A DNA stretch of 64,000 bases from a virus: the IMG/VR virus record IMGVR_UViG_3300033153_009650, positions 1 to 64,000 of that record, one strand, 5' to 3'. Numbering within the stretch: the stretch's first letter is position 1; each line of letters opens with the position of its first letter. A model generated the notes under the pieces. That model did no database searches. It saw only the letters and a list, made by a program, of their open reading frames with translations, and had not been told where the DNA came from. Positions 1 to 9,868 of this stretch are shown here, piece by piece. The position numbers were made by a program, and so were the translations under genes.

Positions 1-2
1 AT

Positions 3-3000
3 ACTGCTGGGGCAGGTGCAGGAAACTGGGATACAATAGACGAAGTATGGGAATGTCCTTCTACTCAGACAGATTGGAGAATATATCTTAGGGCATCTAA
101 TGCTAATGACAACGTGTATTTCGATAACATCAGCCTGCGAGAAGAAACGGATACCTATTATCTTGTAAGTAATGAATGTAATGCTGGGACACAATACACG
201 TCTTTTCAAGTTATAGATCTTGATACAAAATATTATTTGACAATATATCGTGATGAATCTGTAGGAACTCATGGAACTTTTTATATGGATATCTATACAG
301 ATGAAGCAAGAACAACTCTTTTTGCCTCCAAGTCTTTAACTCTGCACACCTCAAAGAAAGATTTTCGTTATCTTTATGGATTGAATACCTGGAATGCTGG
401 AGCTGGGTCGCGAGATGTTACTGGTTATTCAGAATGCCTTAGAGCTATTAGAGAAGTTGAATCTTCCAACCCCGCCTGGGGTTGTTATGACATGCTTACG
501 AATGAAAGGTACGGAGAGAAGGTTGCTCCTTTAAATATTAATCAAACAAATTGGTTAGCTTGGGTGGCCTGGTGTGATGGATTAGTTTGGAGACATGAAA
601 ACTATTCTACCTTTAAAAGGGTTTTAGATTATGAAGATTATTTTGACTTTACCGAAACAGATAACGGAGATTATCTTAGTATACATCAAAATAAGATTAC
701 TATCACAGATTTACCTTCTAATGTAGACTCAAGGTTATTATATGATTTTATTGCAGTAGGAAGTTGCCCCTTTGTAAATGGAGAGCACAGATTAAAGGTT
801 AATATATCTCATGTAAGTGGTGATGGAGCTTTTGTTGGGCTTTGGAGTGCAGCAGATCATGAAGAAGATTGGGGAACAGCAGAAGGAGCCAGCCATAGTT
901 TTTATGGTGTATATATTGATAGATCCGCTGGCGATTTAAGAATGATATTACAAGAACAAGATGGAGCGGATACGTATACTGATATTGCTTTGGCAGATAT
1001 GCAATTGAATACAGATTATTATGTCAAAATTAGAAGACGCTATGGGGGAGCAAATCCTGATTATGGAAGTATTTATTTAGATATTTATTCAGATGAAGAA
1101 ATGCAAACCACAGCTTTAGGGTCAGCGGAAATTACTCTTCATACAAGTAAGAAGAGCGTTACTATAATGTATGCTCTTAGGTCAACTTCTACAGGTAATG
1201 GAGAAACTATAACAGGTACAGTTGAAAATCTTATATATAGTTATGTTACAGTTGCCAGCGATTCTATTTCTTGGGGTCATGTTAGAGAAATAGATGAAGA
1301 ATGTGTGTACAAAGATTATGGCATTGATCATTTTAATGAAGACTTTGAGCATCGGTTTACAATTAATATTGATTATGCATATAGTACAACTACTGTTATT
1401 TTATGGGCTTTAACGAATGAAGTGGGTTATTGGGATCAGATGATAGCAGCAAACAAAACTTTCATGGGTTTTTATCTCCGCTCTGGAGGTTCAGGAGAAT
1501 TATATCTTGGAATTCAGGAATATGTTAATGGTTCTAATGTTTGGGATAGCGCATCTGGTATAAATTATGATACCAATTATTATATCACAATCAAAAGAGA
1601 TGAGTCAGTAGGAACTTATGGCACTGTCTATTGTTATATCTATTCTGATGAAGCAAGAACAACTTTAGTAGATACATTGACAATCGCTTTGCAGGCCAAG
1701 ATCGATTATAGATATCTGTTTGGGTTTGCATCAGTAGGTGGTTCTGGTAGTGATAAGTATGATTCTACAACAGCGGTTTGTTCAGGTCTTACAACCTCCC
1801 GAAAACGGATTGTTTGTAATGGAATATTTGACAACCAAACTTCTGTTGCAGCGGCTTTAGAAAAGTTTGAGCAAATTGGAAGAGCCAGAGTTTTAAGAAC
1901 CGGTCAGAAGATAGATATTGTTGTTGAAAAACCAGTTGATACAATTGATGAATTATTTTCTTCTGGTAATGTTATAGAAGGAACTTCAGAGTTAGAATTT
2001 ATTGAGAGAGAAAGCAGACCGGATGCATTGAAAATTGAATTTAATGATGCATCTAAAAACTACGAAAGAAGTTCTGTAACTATTAAATGCACTAATTATG
2101 AATCATTGGATAGAGTTCCAAATGAAGAATCATTATTTTTATGGGGTTGTGATAATGAAGAGGAGGCCCGGAGATATGGTCTTCTTAGGATGCAAATGAA
2201 TGAAAAACTAAATAGATTGACTTCTCATGAATCGGATGTTGATGCTATTGGTTGTCAAGTTGGGGATGTAGTTAATAAACAACATGAAAGTAATGAATTG
2301 ATATTTGGTGGTAGACTTGGTGATCAAACAGATATGAATAACTTTTATGTGAAATTGGATCAAGATATAGAAATCGAAAGCGAGTCAAGCGGAGAACATG
2401 AAGATTATAAAATTTGGATTAGGTATTCAAATAATACTTTAGTAGAAAGATATATTCGTGGTCCTTGGGATTCTGAAACAGATAAATTCTATATCGGGGC
2501 TTTGGAAGATTTTGAAGATGATTACACTGAGCTTGATCCTGGTACCGACATTACTGTAAGTGGAAATGATATCACTTTTGCAGGTCTTCCTAATAATGTA
2601 GACGCTTATGTCTACAAGGATTTCACAGCTGCTTATTTTGACGGAGATTTTGAACACCAGTTGGATTCTACCAAATTAATCACCTGTGATGGCCTCAGTG
2701 TATATAGCTTCATCTGGGCCTTAACCAACGATGTTGATGACTGGAAAGGTCTGGTGGATGGCAACAAGGATTCATTAGGAATCGCCTTGAAAGGAACTGG
2801 CGGGTCAAGCGAAGGTGAAATAATTCTTTATGAAAATGATGGGGGAGTTGAATATACTGATTCATATTTAATTTCAACGGATACTTCTTATTATCTAACA
2901 GTTAAAAGGGATGAGAGTATTGGGACTCATGGTACATTATATTGCTATATCTATTCTGATGAGGCAAGGACCACATTATTAGATACCCTAACCCTTACTC

Positions 3001-3281
3001 TCCATACTTCTAAAAAGGATTATAGATATCTGTTTGGTTTAATGTCTTATAATTCTGGCAGTATCAGTGATATGACAGGAGAGGTCAAAAATATTAACAT
3101 CAATGGGCTTTCTGGTGATCAGGCAGAATTTGATATTTTTTCAATAGGACAACCTACGTACGAAGTTATGCAATATAGAATAATGAGTTTAGGAAGAACA
3201 GTTGATACAACTTTCAGAGTTGATGCATTGGAATATGATGAAGATATTTATTCTCACAGTGAATATGATGGCTATATTTAG
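3..3281 (+). CDS. Tail tip/host-specificity protein (lambda J-like), 5'-truncated by the window edge, with four repeated inserted beta-rich domains
   Basis: Frame is open from position 3. J-like segments SNPAWGCYDMLTNERYG, CNGIFD...GRARV and FSSGNV...IEFNDASKNYE...LFLWGCDNEEEARRYG...VGDVV. Motif YYxTxxRDESxGTxGTxYxxIYxDEARTT recurs four times. Confidence 0.75.
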   Translation, partial: TAGAGAGNWDTIDEVWECPSTQTDWRIYLRASNANDNVYFDNISLREETDTYYLVSNECNAGTQYTSFQVIDLDTKYYLTIYRDESVGTHGTFYMDIYTDEARTTLFASKSLTLHTSKKDFRYLYGLNTWNAGAGSRDVTGYSECLRAIREVESSNPAWGCYDMLTNERYGEKVAPLNINQTNWLAWVAWCDGLVWRHENYSTFKRVLDYEDYFDFTETDNGDYLSIHQNKITITDLPSNVDSRLLYDFIAVGSCPFVNGEHRLKVNISHVSGDGAFVGLWSAADHEEDWGTAEGASHSFYGVYIDRSAGDLRMILQEQDGADTYTDIALADMQLNTDYYVKIRRRYGGANPDYGSIYLDIYSDEEMQTTALGSAEITLHTSKKSVTIMYALRSTSTGNGETITGTVENLIYSYVTVASDSISWGHVREIDEECVYKDYGIDHFNEDFEHRFTINIDYAYSTTTVILWALTNEVGYWDQMIAANKTFMGFYLRSGGSGELYLGIQEYVNGSNVWDSASGINYDTNYYITIKRDESVGTYGTVYCYIYSDEARTTLVDTLTIALQAKIDYRYLFGFASVGGSGSDKYDSTTAVCSGLTTSRKRIVCNGIFDNQTSVAAALEKFEQIGRARVLRTGQKIDIVVEKPVDTIDELFSSGNVIEGTSELEFIERESRPDALKIEFNDASKNYERSSVTIKCTNYESLDRVPNEESLFLWGCDNEEEARRYGLLRMQMNEKLNRLTSHESDVDAIGCQVGDVVNKQHESNELIFGGRLGDQTDMNNFYVKLDQDIEIESESSGEHEDYKIWIRYSNNTLVERYIRGPWDSETDKFYIGALEDFEDDYTELDPGTDITVSGNDITFAGLPNNVDAYVYKDFTAAYFDGDFEHQLDSTKLITCDGLSVYSFIWALTNDVDDWKGLVDGNKDSLGIALKGTGGSSEGEIILYENDGGVEYTDSYLISTDTSYYLTVKRDESIGTHGTLYCYIYSDEARTTLLDTLTLTLHTSKKDYRYLFGLMSYNSGSISDMTGEVKNININGLSGDQAEFDIFSIGQPTYEVMQYRIMSLGRTVDTTFRVDALEYDEDIYSHSEYDGYI

Positions 3282-3289
3282 GAGGAAAT

Positions 3290-3637
3290 ATGGCGACTGA
3301 AACATTTCCAACATTAAGCAGAGAACCTGGTTATCCAGCAGAAGAGCAATATAATCAATTGAACTCTTTGACTTCAAAGTCAGAAGCGGGATATATCCAT
3401 GGTCGAAAACGCTATACAAGAAACAGAAAAATTTTCAAGAGAGTTTATCCCGGGTTGACTGCAGCAGATAAAGACCTTCTTGATACTTTCATTGCTCTTG
3501 TGGGAACTGCTATTGATTTTGATTGGACTAATGTTGTTGATAGTACTACATATGAAGTTCGTTTTGTCCAGATTCCTATACTAACTAAGATAGGACCAAA
3601 TACTTGGAAAACTTCATTTCAACTCTTAACTATATAG
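3290..3637 (+). CDS. Minor tail protein (lambda gpM-like)
   Basis: 115 aa, AGGAGG RBS. SEAGYIHGRKRYTRNRKIF...FDWTN pattern. Follows the tail tip gene. Confidence 0.5.
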   Translation: MATETFPTLSREPGYPAEEQYNQLNSLTSKSEAGYIHGRKRYTRNRKIFKRVYPGLTAADKDLLDTFIALVGTAIDFDWTNVVDSTTYEVRFVQIPILTKIGPNTWKTSFQLLTI

Positions 3638-3646
3638 AGGGATATT

Positions 3647-4093
3647 GTGTTTAATCAAAAGAGAAAGAAGGAACATCAAGAATTTTTAAGAAGAGTTGAA
3701 AAGATTTCTCTTGAATTAAAGCAAGAGCAAACGCCTCGTAAAATTCTTATTGTTGATGATGATAATTCTCTTAATGATTTCCTAACCGCCGTGTTATCTA
3801 AAGAGGGTTATAGTATAAGTGTTTCAAATTCTTTGGCTGAATTTGAAACAGAGCTTTTATTAAGAGATTGTATTTATGACATGCTTCTCCTCGATATAGG
3901 GCTTTCAAATGGGGATGGATTGGATTGGATTGAAGAAGTGAGAAATGCGGGTTGTATAACTCCGGTTATTGTTATGACAGCTTATCCTTCCTATGAAAGA
4001 CAAAAAAGGGCATATGAATTGGGAGTGAAATCGTTTATTGAAAAGCCTATTAGAGTTGATCGGTTGCTATCAAGATTGAGAGAGGTATTATAA
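3647..4093 (+). CDS. Stand-alone response regulator receiver (CheY-like REC)
   Basis: KILIVDDD, LLLDIGLSNGDG (phosphoacceptor Asp), PVIVMTA, FIEKP. All canonical REC motifs, no output domain. Confidence 0.9.
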   Translation: MFNQKRKKEHQEFLRRVEKISLELKQEQTPRKILIVDDDNSLNDFLTAVLSKEGYSISVSNSLAEFETELLLRDCIYDMLLLDIGLSNGDGLDWIEEVRNAGCITPVIVMTAYPSYERQKRAYELGVKSFIEKPIRVDRLLSRLREVL

Positions 4094-4264
4094 ATGGCAA
4101 AAGGATGGGCAGAACATTCTGAGTTTTTAATCGAAGGAGTGAAACGATTAACCTTAGATATTATTAGAATTGATGCCAAGACCGATAGAATCTTGTATTT
4201 AATTCTTGGAGGGTTAATCAGTGTTCTTGCTGGATTGGCGGTTTGGTTTCTTAGAACGGGATGA
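4094..4264 (+). CDS. Small single-TM protein, holin/XhlA-like candidate (56 aa, not in ORF track)
   Basis: Hand translation MAKGWAEHSEFLIEGVKRLTLDIIRIDAKTDRILYLILGGLISVLAGLAVWFLRTG. C-terminal TM helix, directly upstream of the endolysin. Confidence 0.55.
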   Translation: MAKGWAEHSEFLIEGVKRLTLDIIRIDAKTDRILYLILGGLISVLAGLAVWFLRTG

Positions 4265-4271
4265 GGTTATA

Positions 4272-4721
4272 ATGGCAGATAATATTGTTTGGAAAAGAGT
4301 TCGACATTTTCAGAGCATAGAATTTAACGATCCAAATCATCCAGGTTCAGGAATTTGGATAAATGGAATTCTATTAATGAGACTTGATGTTCTTCGCCAT
4401 GATACAAATTGGCCTATCATTCCACATGCAGCAGTTGGAGGTTGTGTGGATATGGAAGGTACTCACGAGCATTCTACTAATAGTTATCATTTAAAAAGCA
4501 ATGGATGTAAAGCTTGTGATTTTCATTTCATTACTGATGCTTCTCCTCGTCGTCAATACTATGAAGTTTCACGAATGGGATTTGGGGGTTTAGGGGCTTA
4601 TTATGATTGGAATTGGAAAGGAAGGAAACTGCTTATTGGCTTCCATGTAGATGTAAGGCCATCTGATAAAACCCAAAGATGGAAACGGATAGATGGCCAG
4701 TATATATATTTACTTAATTAA
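4272..4721 (+). CDS. Endolysin, peptidase M15 family (Zn peptidase)
   Basis: SYH...ACDF...FHVDVR Zn-binding pattern of M15 peptidases. Start reassigned to ATG 4272 after GAGGT. Confidence 0.75.
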   Translation: MADNIVWKRVRHFQSIEFNDPNHPGSGIWINGILLMRLDVLRHDTNWPIIPHAAVGGCVDMEGTHEHSTNSYHLKSNGCKACDFHFITDASPRRQYYEVSRMGFGGLGAYYDWNWKGRKLLIGFHVDVRPSDKTQRWKRIDGQYIYLLN

Positions 4722-4742
4722 TTTTTAAACAGGAGAAAGAAA

Positions 4743-4871
4743 ATGGCAGGAGGTACAGGGCCACTAAGAAATAAGGTTGTAGAAAAACTACAAAAAGAAG
4801 TTAAGGAACTTAAAGAGAAGCTCGTTGAGCTTGAAAGGAGGTTAGATGAAGCCCTAAAGAAACCGGATTGA
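4743..4871 (+). CDS. Small coiled-coil protein (42 aa)
   Basis: AGGAG RBS; MAGGTGPLRNKVVEKLQKEVKELKEKLVELERRLDEALKKPD. Confidence 0.5.
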   Translation: MAGGTGPLRNKVVEKLQKEVKELKEKLVELERRLDEALKKPD

Positions 4872-4901
4872 AAAACCCTTTAACCACGAGGAGGAATTGT
4901 T

Positions 4902-5291
4902 ATGGAAAGATTTTTGAGAAGTGGAGGAAGTCCTTTTACGTTTTTGATCTTGATGGTCTTGCTGATATTTTTCTTTTCAGCCTGTGCCGGAATGACAGTA
5001 AAAAAGGATGCATCTCCAAGCGAGAAGTATTTGGCAGCCTTGACAGAGTTTAATAGTGTTGTCAAGGATTATAATTATCAATACAGATTGCAAACCCCAG
5101 CAGTACAGGCTGACTGGAAAAAAGAAATAGATCCTTGGATTAAAAAGTGTTCCATAGCTTTAGACGCCTGGTCAGTGGCTGTTTCAGAAAAGGCTTCTAC
5201 GCAAGATAAGATTGATGCCTTTGAAGAAGTTAAAACAATGTTAATGAAGGTTTTAATAGTAGAGGGAATCAAAATAAATAAGGGAAAGTAG
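4902..5291 (+). CDS. Putative lipoprotein in the lysis region (spanin-like candidate)
   Basis: Hydrophobic signal followed by lipobox-like FSAC. GAGGAGG RBS. Confidence 0.5.
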   Translation: MERFLRSGGSPFTFLILMVLLIFFFSACAGMTVKKDASPSEKYLAALTEFNSVVKDYNYQYRLQTPAVQADWKKEIDPWIKKCSIALDAWSVAVSEKASTQDKIDAFEEVKTMLMKVLIVEGIKINKGK

Positions 5292-5332
5292 TTATGTTTT
5301 AATTTGATCCTAATGAAAGGAGGTAGCAGACT

Positions 5333-5527
5333 ATGCCATTACCAGTAGTTATAGGAGCGGTCCTGGCCAATCCGAAAGCTATACTTTTGTTCAACCTTTT
5401 GCTTAGTAGAGCAATTAGGGCGATTTGGATAAAAGTCGCCAATATGTCCCCTGAAGAAATTGACCAGGAAATTATTAAACAAGAAGAAATAAAAGATGAA
5501 CTTATGGCTGAGATAGACAGCCATTAA
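5333..5527 (+). CDS. Small hypothetical protein (lysis region)
   Basis: Strong RBS, hydrophobic N-terminus, acidic C-terminus. Confidence 0.5.
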   Translation: MPLPVVIGAVLANPKAILLFNLLLSRAIRAIWIKVANMSPEEIDQEIIKQEEIKDELMAEIDSH

Positions 5528-5547
5528 TATCCGGAGGTGATATAAAA

Positions 5548-5739
5548 ATGAAATTTCTTAAATTTATTTGGAAACTTTTAAAGAGTAAAACTATAGATTT
5601 CAATGCTGGATATGCCGCTCTAATTGTTTTGCTTAGCGCCTTGGGCTTTGAAATAGATCCCAAAATTGTGGCAGCGGTTGCAGCATTAATGAATTGGATT
5701 CTTCGCGCTATAACAAAAACAGCTCTTATGGATAAGTAA
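5548..5739 (+). CDS. Holin-like protein with two TM helices
   Basis: LLKSKTIxFN start, two hydrophobic segments, ILRAIT end. Pattern typical of small phage holins. Confidence 0.6.
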   Translation: MKFLKFIWKLLKSKTIDFNAGYAALIVLLSALGFEIDPKIVAAVAALMNWILRAITKTALMDK

Positions 5740-5754
5740 AGGAGGTGATATCGA

Positions 5755-5886
5755 ATGCCGAGGAAAGATAAAACAGGTCCGCCCACAGGAGCAAAAGGGC
5801 CAAAAGATGGTAGAGGAAAAGGAAAAGGTCGCGCTCCTGGAAAGGGGAGAGGAGCTATGACAGGAGGTAAACAAGGAGTAAAGTAA
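5755..5886 (+). CDS. Gly/Lys/Arg-rich peptide (DUF5320-like N-terminus), 43 aa
   Basis: AAGGAGGTG RBS; MPRKDKTGPPTGAKGPKDGRGKGKGRAPGKGRGAMTGGKQGVK. Confidence 0.5.
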   Translation: MPRKDKTGPPTGAKGPKDGRGKGKGRAPGKGRGAMTGGKQGVK

Positions 5887-5906
5887 ATAGGAAGAAAGCA
5901 AAGTTT

Positions 5907-5938
5907 AAAGCCGGGATCTTAATTGGTCCCGGCTTTTT
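5907..5938. terminator. Bidirectional intrinsic terminator between the convergent late and early blocks
   Basis: AAAGCCGGGA-tcttaattgg-TCCCGGCTTT with T-runs on both strands, at the convergence point. Confidence 0.85.
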
Positions 5939-6107
5939 ATTCAACTTCAAGAATAAATTCGTCAAGATTACAAACCTTTTCATCAAAGTAAATATCATAG
6001 ATTTTTCTGCCTATTAATTCTGCAACATTAATAATCCGTCCTGTGCGATAGGCATCCTCAGCATAATCATTATCCTTGCCCACATGAATTATGAATGTAT
6101 CTGACAT
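5937..6107 (-). CDS. Hypothetical protein
   Basis: Start reassigned to MSDTF after AAGGAG RBS. Confidence 0.45.
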   Translation of the reverse strand: MSDTFIIHVGKDNDYAEDAYRTGRIINVAELIGRKIYDIYFDEKVCNLDEFILEVE

Positions 6108-6113
6108 TCTATT

Positions 6114-6248
6114 CTCCTTAAAATGGGGGTTAAAATCCTTCCGAAAACAAGCCTGAATCCAGTCGAGACATAGGTGATAATCAATTTTCTTACTCTTATC
6201 CATATACTGATATGGACTTTTAAAAGAAAACTGTTATTTTGGCGATTT
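6114..6248 (-). repeat. Dispersed ~135-bp element, copy 1 (copy 2 at 22522-22655)
   Basis: Shares AAACTGTTATTTTGGCGATTT, CTCTTATCCATAT and ATAATCAAT blocks and the terminal TTTTAAGGAG RBS with copy 2. Confidence 0.75.
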
Positions 6249-6427
6249 TTTAGCATTTCTTCCAATTCCAAGGCCATATTGAAATTTCGCCACAATTTGG
6301 ACAGGTCGCTCTGGCAAATCTGTAATGATGAGAGCCGTGATAGAAACCTGTAATAGCAAATATTCTAATAATTCTATTACAACCTTTTTGTGTACATATC
6401 ATAAATTTTCCTCTTACAATAAATCAA

Positions 6428-6736
6428 TTATTTATTTAATTGATACAACACAGATGAATGACTACGGTTAAACAAAGCAGCAATAGTTTTCAATGAAGAA
6501 GAAGTTTCATTACGACATCTTTTCATTGCTATCTTTCTTATTCTACATATTTCTTGTGCTCTACTATTTGATAATAAAATGTCAATGGAAATATTATGTC
6601 TGTCTGTTTCTTCTTTAATAATAGATTTTATGAGTTCAACTCCTGGTTGTTTAAATCTGTGGTATTCTGGATGCAAGATACAGGAGCAAATTTCATTTGG
6701 GTTAGGACAAGGATTACATCGTTTCATTGCTGCCAT
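6428..6736 (-). CDS. DnaA C-terminal-like helix-turn-helix protein
   Basis: ISIDILLSNSRAQEICRIRKIAM...SLKTIAALFNRSHSSVLY matches the DnaA domain IV pattern. Confidence 0.7.
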   Translation of the reverse strand: MAAMKRCNPCPNPNEICSCILHPEYHRFKQPGVELIKSIIKEETDRHNISIDILLSNSRAQEICRIRKIAMKRCRNETSSSLKTIAALFNRSHSSVLYQLNK

Positions 6737-7031
6737 TCCTCTCTAACATGAGGAAGTTCAAATACACCAAGTAATTTTGTTCTTTCTTTATTTCTATAAA
6801 GAGCGCATTCAAAATTTCCACGCCATTTACCATTTTCACTCATTTTTTAACAAAACTTCTGTATCATAAAGAGTAAGATTAAAACTTGGGGCTAATTCTA
6901 AAGCCAGTAGAGTCTTATCAAAGGATTTACCAAGTCGGAGATAAGTCAATTGTATATCAGGGAAACAAAAAGGATAATGAGAAGCAAAAACCCTTAAAAT
7001 TTTATTTTCCATTTTATCTAATTGATTTGTT

Positions 7032-7394
7032 TCATAGAGCATTTTTTCTTCCTATAACAGGATTATATTTATAAATTCCTTTATCGTTTTTACTATATGG
7101 TATTAGCTTTTTATCTTTGGTTTTGGTTTCAAGAAAATAGTTTCCTGCTGTATCATAGTTTGTCATTTCTGCTATGAGTATTTCTTTTATCCCACCTTTC
7201 TGCCATTGAAAGTATTCAAGTTCATTTTCGATGTCGGAGGTTTTATCTAACAATTCTTCTATCATAGGTTGTAGATCAAAGAAAGATTCATTGAAAACTT
7301 TGTTGAGAAGAAAAGTAAGGATTAAGTAAGCAAGGATAATAGCTATTGCCATTGATAATACACCTATTAATATATCTCGGAAAAAGGCTTTCAT
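7032..7394 (-). CDS. Hypothetical membrane-anchored protein
   Basis: N-terminal TM helix, RBS present. Confidence 0.5.
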   Translation of the reverse strand: MKAFFRDILIGVLSMAIAIILAYLILTFLLNKVFNESFFDLQPMIEELLDKTSDIENELEYFQWQKGGIKEILIAEMTNYDTAGNYFLETKTKDKKLIPYSKNDKGIYKYNPVIGRKNAL

Positions 7395-7968
7395 CGGTTT
7401 ATTTCTCCCTCTCTTTTCCTTCTCATTGTATATCCTTTTTATTATCCGAAGTTCTTCAAAAGTTTTTGTTCTTTTAAATCCTTTATAACAATTTCCTTTT
7501 CTCTAAGAGAAAAGGCTGCAAGTAAAATACATTCTTTACAGATGCCATCTCCATCTTCTGTTGGATAAATCCAAATATTTTTCTTTTTACAAAATAGACA
7601 TTTCATTTTGTCTACCCCTTTCTGAATCCTATCAAAGCAATATGTCTGCATATTATAAGCTGTCCTTCCTTAGTTTTATAATAACATGATAGTTTCCGCC
7701 ATTATTGTGGTATATATGGGCGCCACAGTTACGAGGTTCATAAATTAATAGCTTTCCATTTTCATTAAACTCTTGGATAGCTTCTCTTACTCGTTCTTCT
7801 TGTTCGCTTGGTAATAATCCTGTTTCTTTCTCTCCTTTATAAACTTTTCATTTATCCTTTATTAAACCTGTTATAAAAATGCCGAGACAGATAACTGTCA
7901 TAGCTGGTGTTGAATAATACCATAGATCTCCCATCCTTTTCGCCTCCTTTCTTCTCTAATATAAAAAT

Positions 7969-8079
7969 TTAGAAAAAGAATAGCGAAAATACTGCTCCAA
8001 ATCCTATAGTAAACGCTATTATTAATTTAGTACTTTTTTCATTGCTTCCCATGTTCCTGTTCCTACAGGGGGTTGCCAT
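7969..8079 (-). CDS. Small TM peptide (36 aa), paralog of 11157-11270
   Basis: AAAGGAGGTG RBS; MATPCRNRNMGSNEKSTKLIIAFTIGFGAVFSLFFF. Confidence 0.5.
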   Translation of the reverse strand: MATPCRNRNMGSNEKSTKLIIAFTIGFGAVFSLFFF

Positions 8080-8098
8080 AATTATCCACCTCCTTTCA

Positions 8099-8124
8099 AA
8101 TGCCCTTGTCCTAAGACAGGTCAG
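8099..8124. repeat. 26-bp direct repeat, copy 1 (copy 2 at 9869-9894)
   Basis: AATGCCCTTGTCCTAAGAC(A/G)GGTCAG, one mismatch. Confidence 0.8.
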
Positions 8125-8544
8125 AATTATCTAAACTTTTCGCAGTGTTGATTGGTTAAACATAAGAGCAACTGTTTATCACTTAATAGTGCAATTAATT
8201 TTTTAATATCTCGCAACCTAAAACCTGTTAACCATGTATCCTTTTCTTCTTCGTTTAAATCATCCATTGACATTAAGTATGCTTCCAATGGTGTCCCGCT
8301 TGCCCCTGAATGTATTTCGTGAAAACCTGATACAAAATTATCATATACAACGTTTTCAATTAACTTTCTCATTTTATCGCCATCTCCTTTACCACTATCT
8401 CAAATTTAGTTCCAGAGGATATTGTTATCATAATCAGTCCTCCTACTTTTTCAACTTTTTTACTCCTTCAGTTTCATTTGAAGAATCTTCTTTTTTGTAT
8501 ATTGCCCCGTCTAACAGAAATAGAAAAGAGAATCAATAACATCT

Positions 8545-9153
8545 TCAATTTTGGTTAGTAACATAGGTTATTCCTTTCTTAATAGACGTTTCAAATACCT
8601 TGTCTGCTCCTTCAATAAGATCAGGGGAATGACTTACCATTATGAATTGTAAATTTAATTTCTCACTAAGTTCTTTTAACATAAGAGAAGCCTTAGGTTG
8701 TAAATCACGTGAAAGGAACCGAAATGGTTCGTCTAAAATCATTATGTTGCGGGTTTTAGGTTGGGATAATGACCAAAGAGCAACTCTTAAAGCAAAGGAA
8801 GCAATGTCAACAACACCTCCTCCTGTAGCTGATAAAGGATCAATTCTTTCTCCATCTTTAATGAAATAAATATCGGCTTCTGTTTTACCTCTTCTAATAA
8901 CAAATTCTAAGATCAATTCATAAGGATCATCAAATACAGCAGACAAAGCTAAGGTAACAAGCTCACTGATATGGTATTGCAGTTCTTCCTGTGTTTGTTT
9001 GGCTACTGTTTGAATAATAACCTGAGCTTTTTCAGAGTAAGAAATTTCTTCTTCTAAATGCTTAACTTCTTTCTCTGTTTTTTTAATTTGAGAATAGAGT
9101 TGTTCCTGATGACCTTTTTTTCTTTCGATAATAATTCTGAATTTTTTTAACAT
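8545..9153 (-). CDS. SbcC/Rad50-like ATPase, C-terminal half (split gene)
   Basis: Coiled coil, then signature-like LSATGGG, Walker B ILDEPF and H-loop VSH. No Walker A. Confidence 0.8.
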   Translation of the reverse strand: MLKKFRIIIERKKGHQEQLYSQIKKTEKEVKHLEEEISYSEKAQVIIQTVAKQTQEELQYHISELVTLALSAVFDDPYELILEFVIRRGKTEADIYFIKDGERIDPLSATGGGVVDIASFALRVALWSLSQPKTRNIMILDEPFRFLSRDLQPKASLMLKELSEKLNLQFIMVSHSPDLIEGADKVFETSIKKGITYVTNQN

Positions 9154-9868
9154 TTTGATCCTTTCCCTTATATAATGTTATCTAAGCGAACAAGATTTAG
9201 AATGATATGAGTAGGATAATTACATTCGGAACATCATATTAATTCCCCTTCCCCGGGCTCGGTTGGGCGGGCTCTTTTTCGCTGAATATTCATTTCTTTT
9301 TGCGCTGCTTCTTCTGGATATAAGCCTTCATTTTGATAATCTTTAATTCGGTCAAAATCAACCATATCTGGATTACCACCTGACATCCATACATCATATA
9401 AAACATCCCCCCTATAATCTTCCATAAATCCTCCTATTCTTGTTCTAAATGATCAATGTCTAATTTCTCACTTTTAAAATATATTTGAATGCCCCACCGA
9501 CATTTACTGCAATAACGATATTCAGCAGAATGGTTACCTGATAAATGACATGGAATTTCAATCTTGGTTCCACATTGGCAGCAGTCAGTGTTAATAATTA
9601 TTTCGTTTGTCAAAACTCCCTCCTTTCCTGATTTAGAGATTGAAACCTGACAGGTGGACTGCTACCACAGTGCAGCGAACACTCCATAGCCTCACGAAGT
9701 ATGGCTGTCAGATAAACTTAACTTTTTCATAATTTCTCCAACAAGTAAGTCTACTTCTGTACTAACAGCATACACAGCCCGAAGTTCATTCCTTAATTCA
9801 GGCTCTTTTTGTAGTCTTACTTTTGCTTCCTCTTGAATTGCATCAACTATATATTGGTAATTTGTCAT

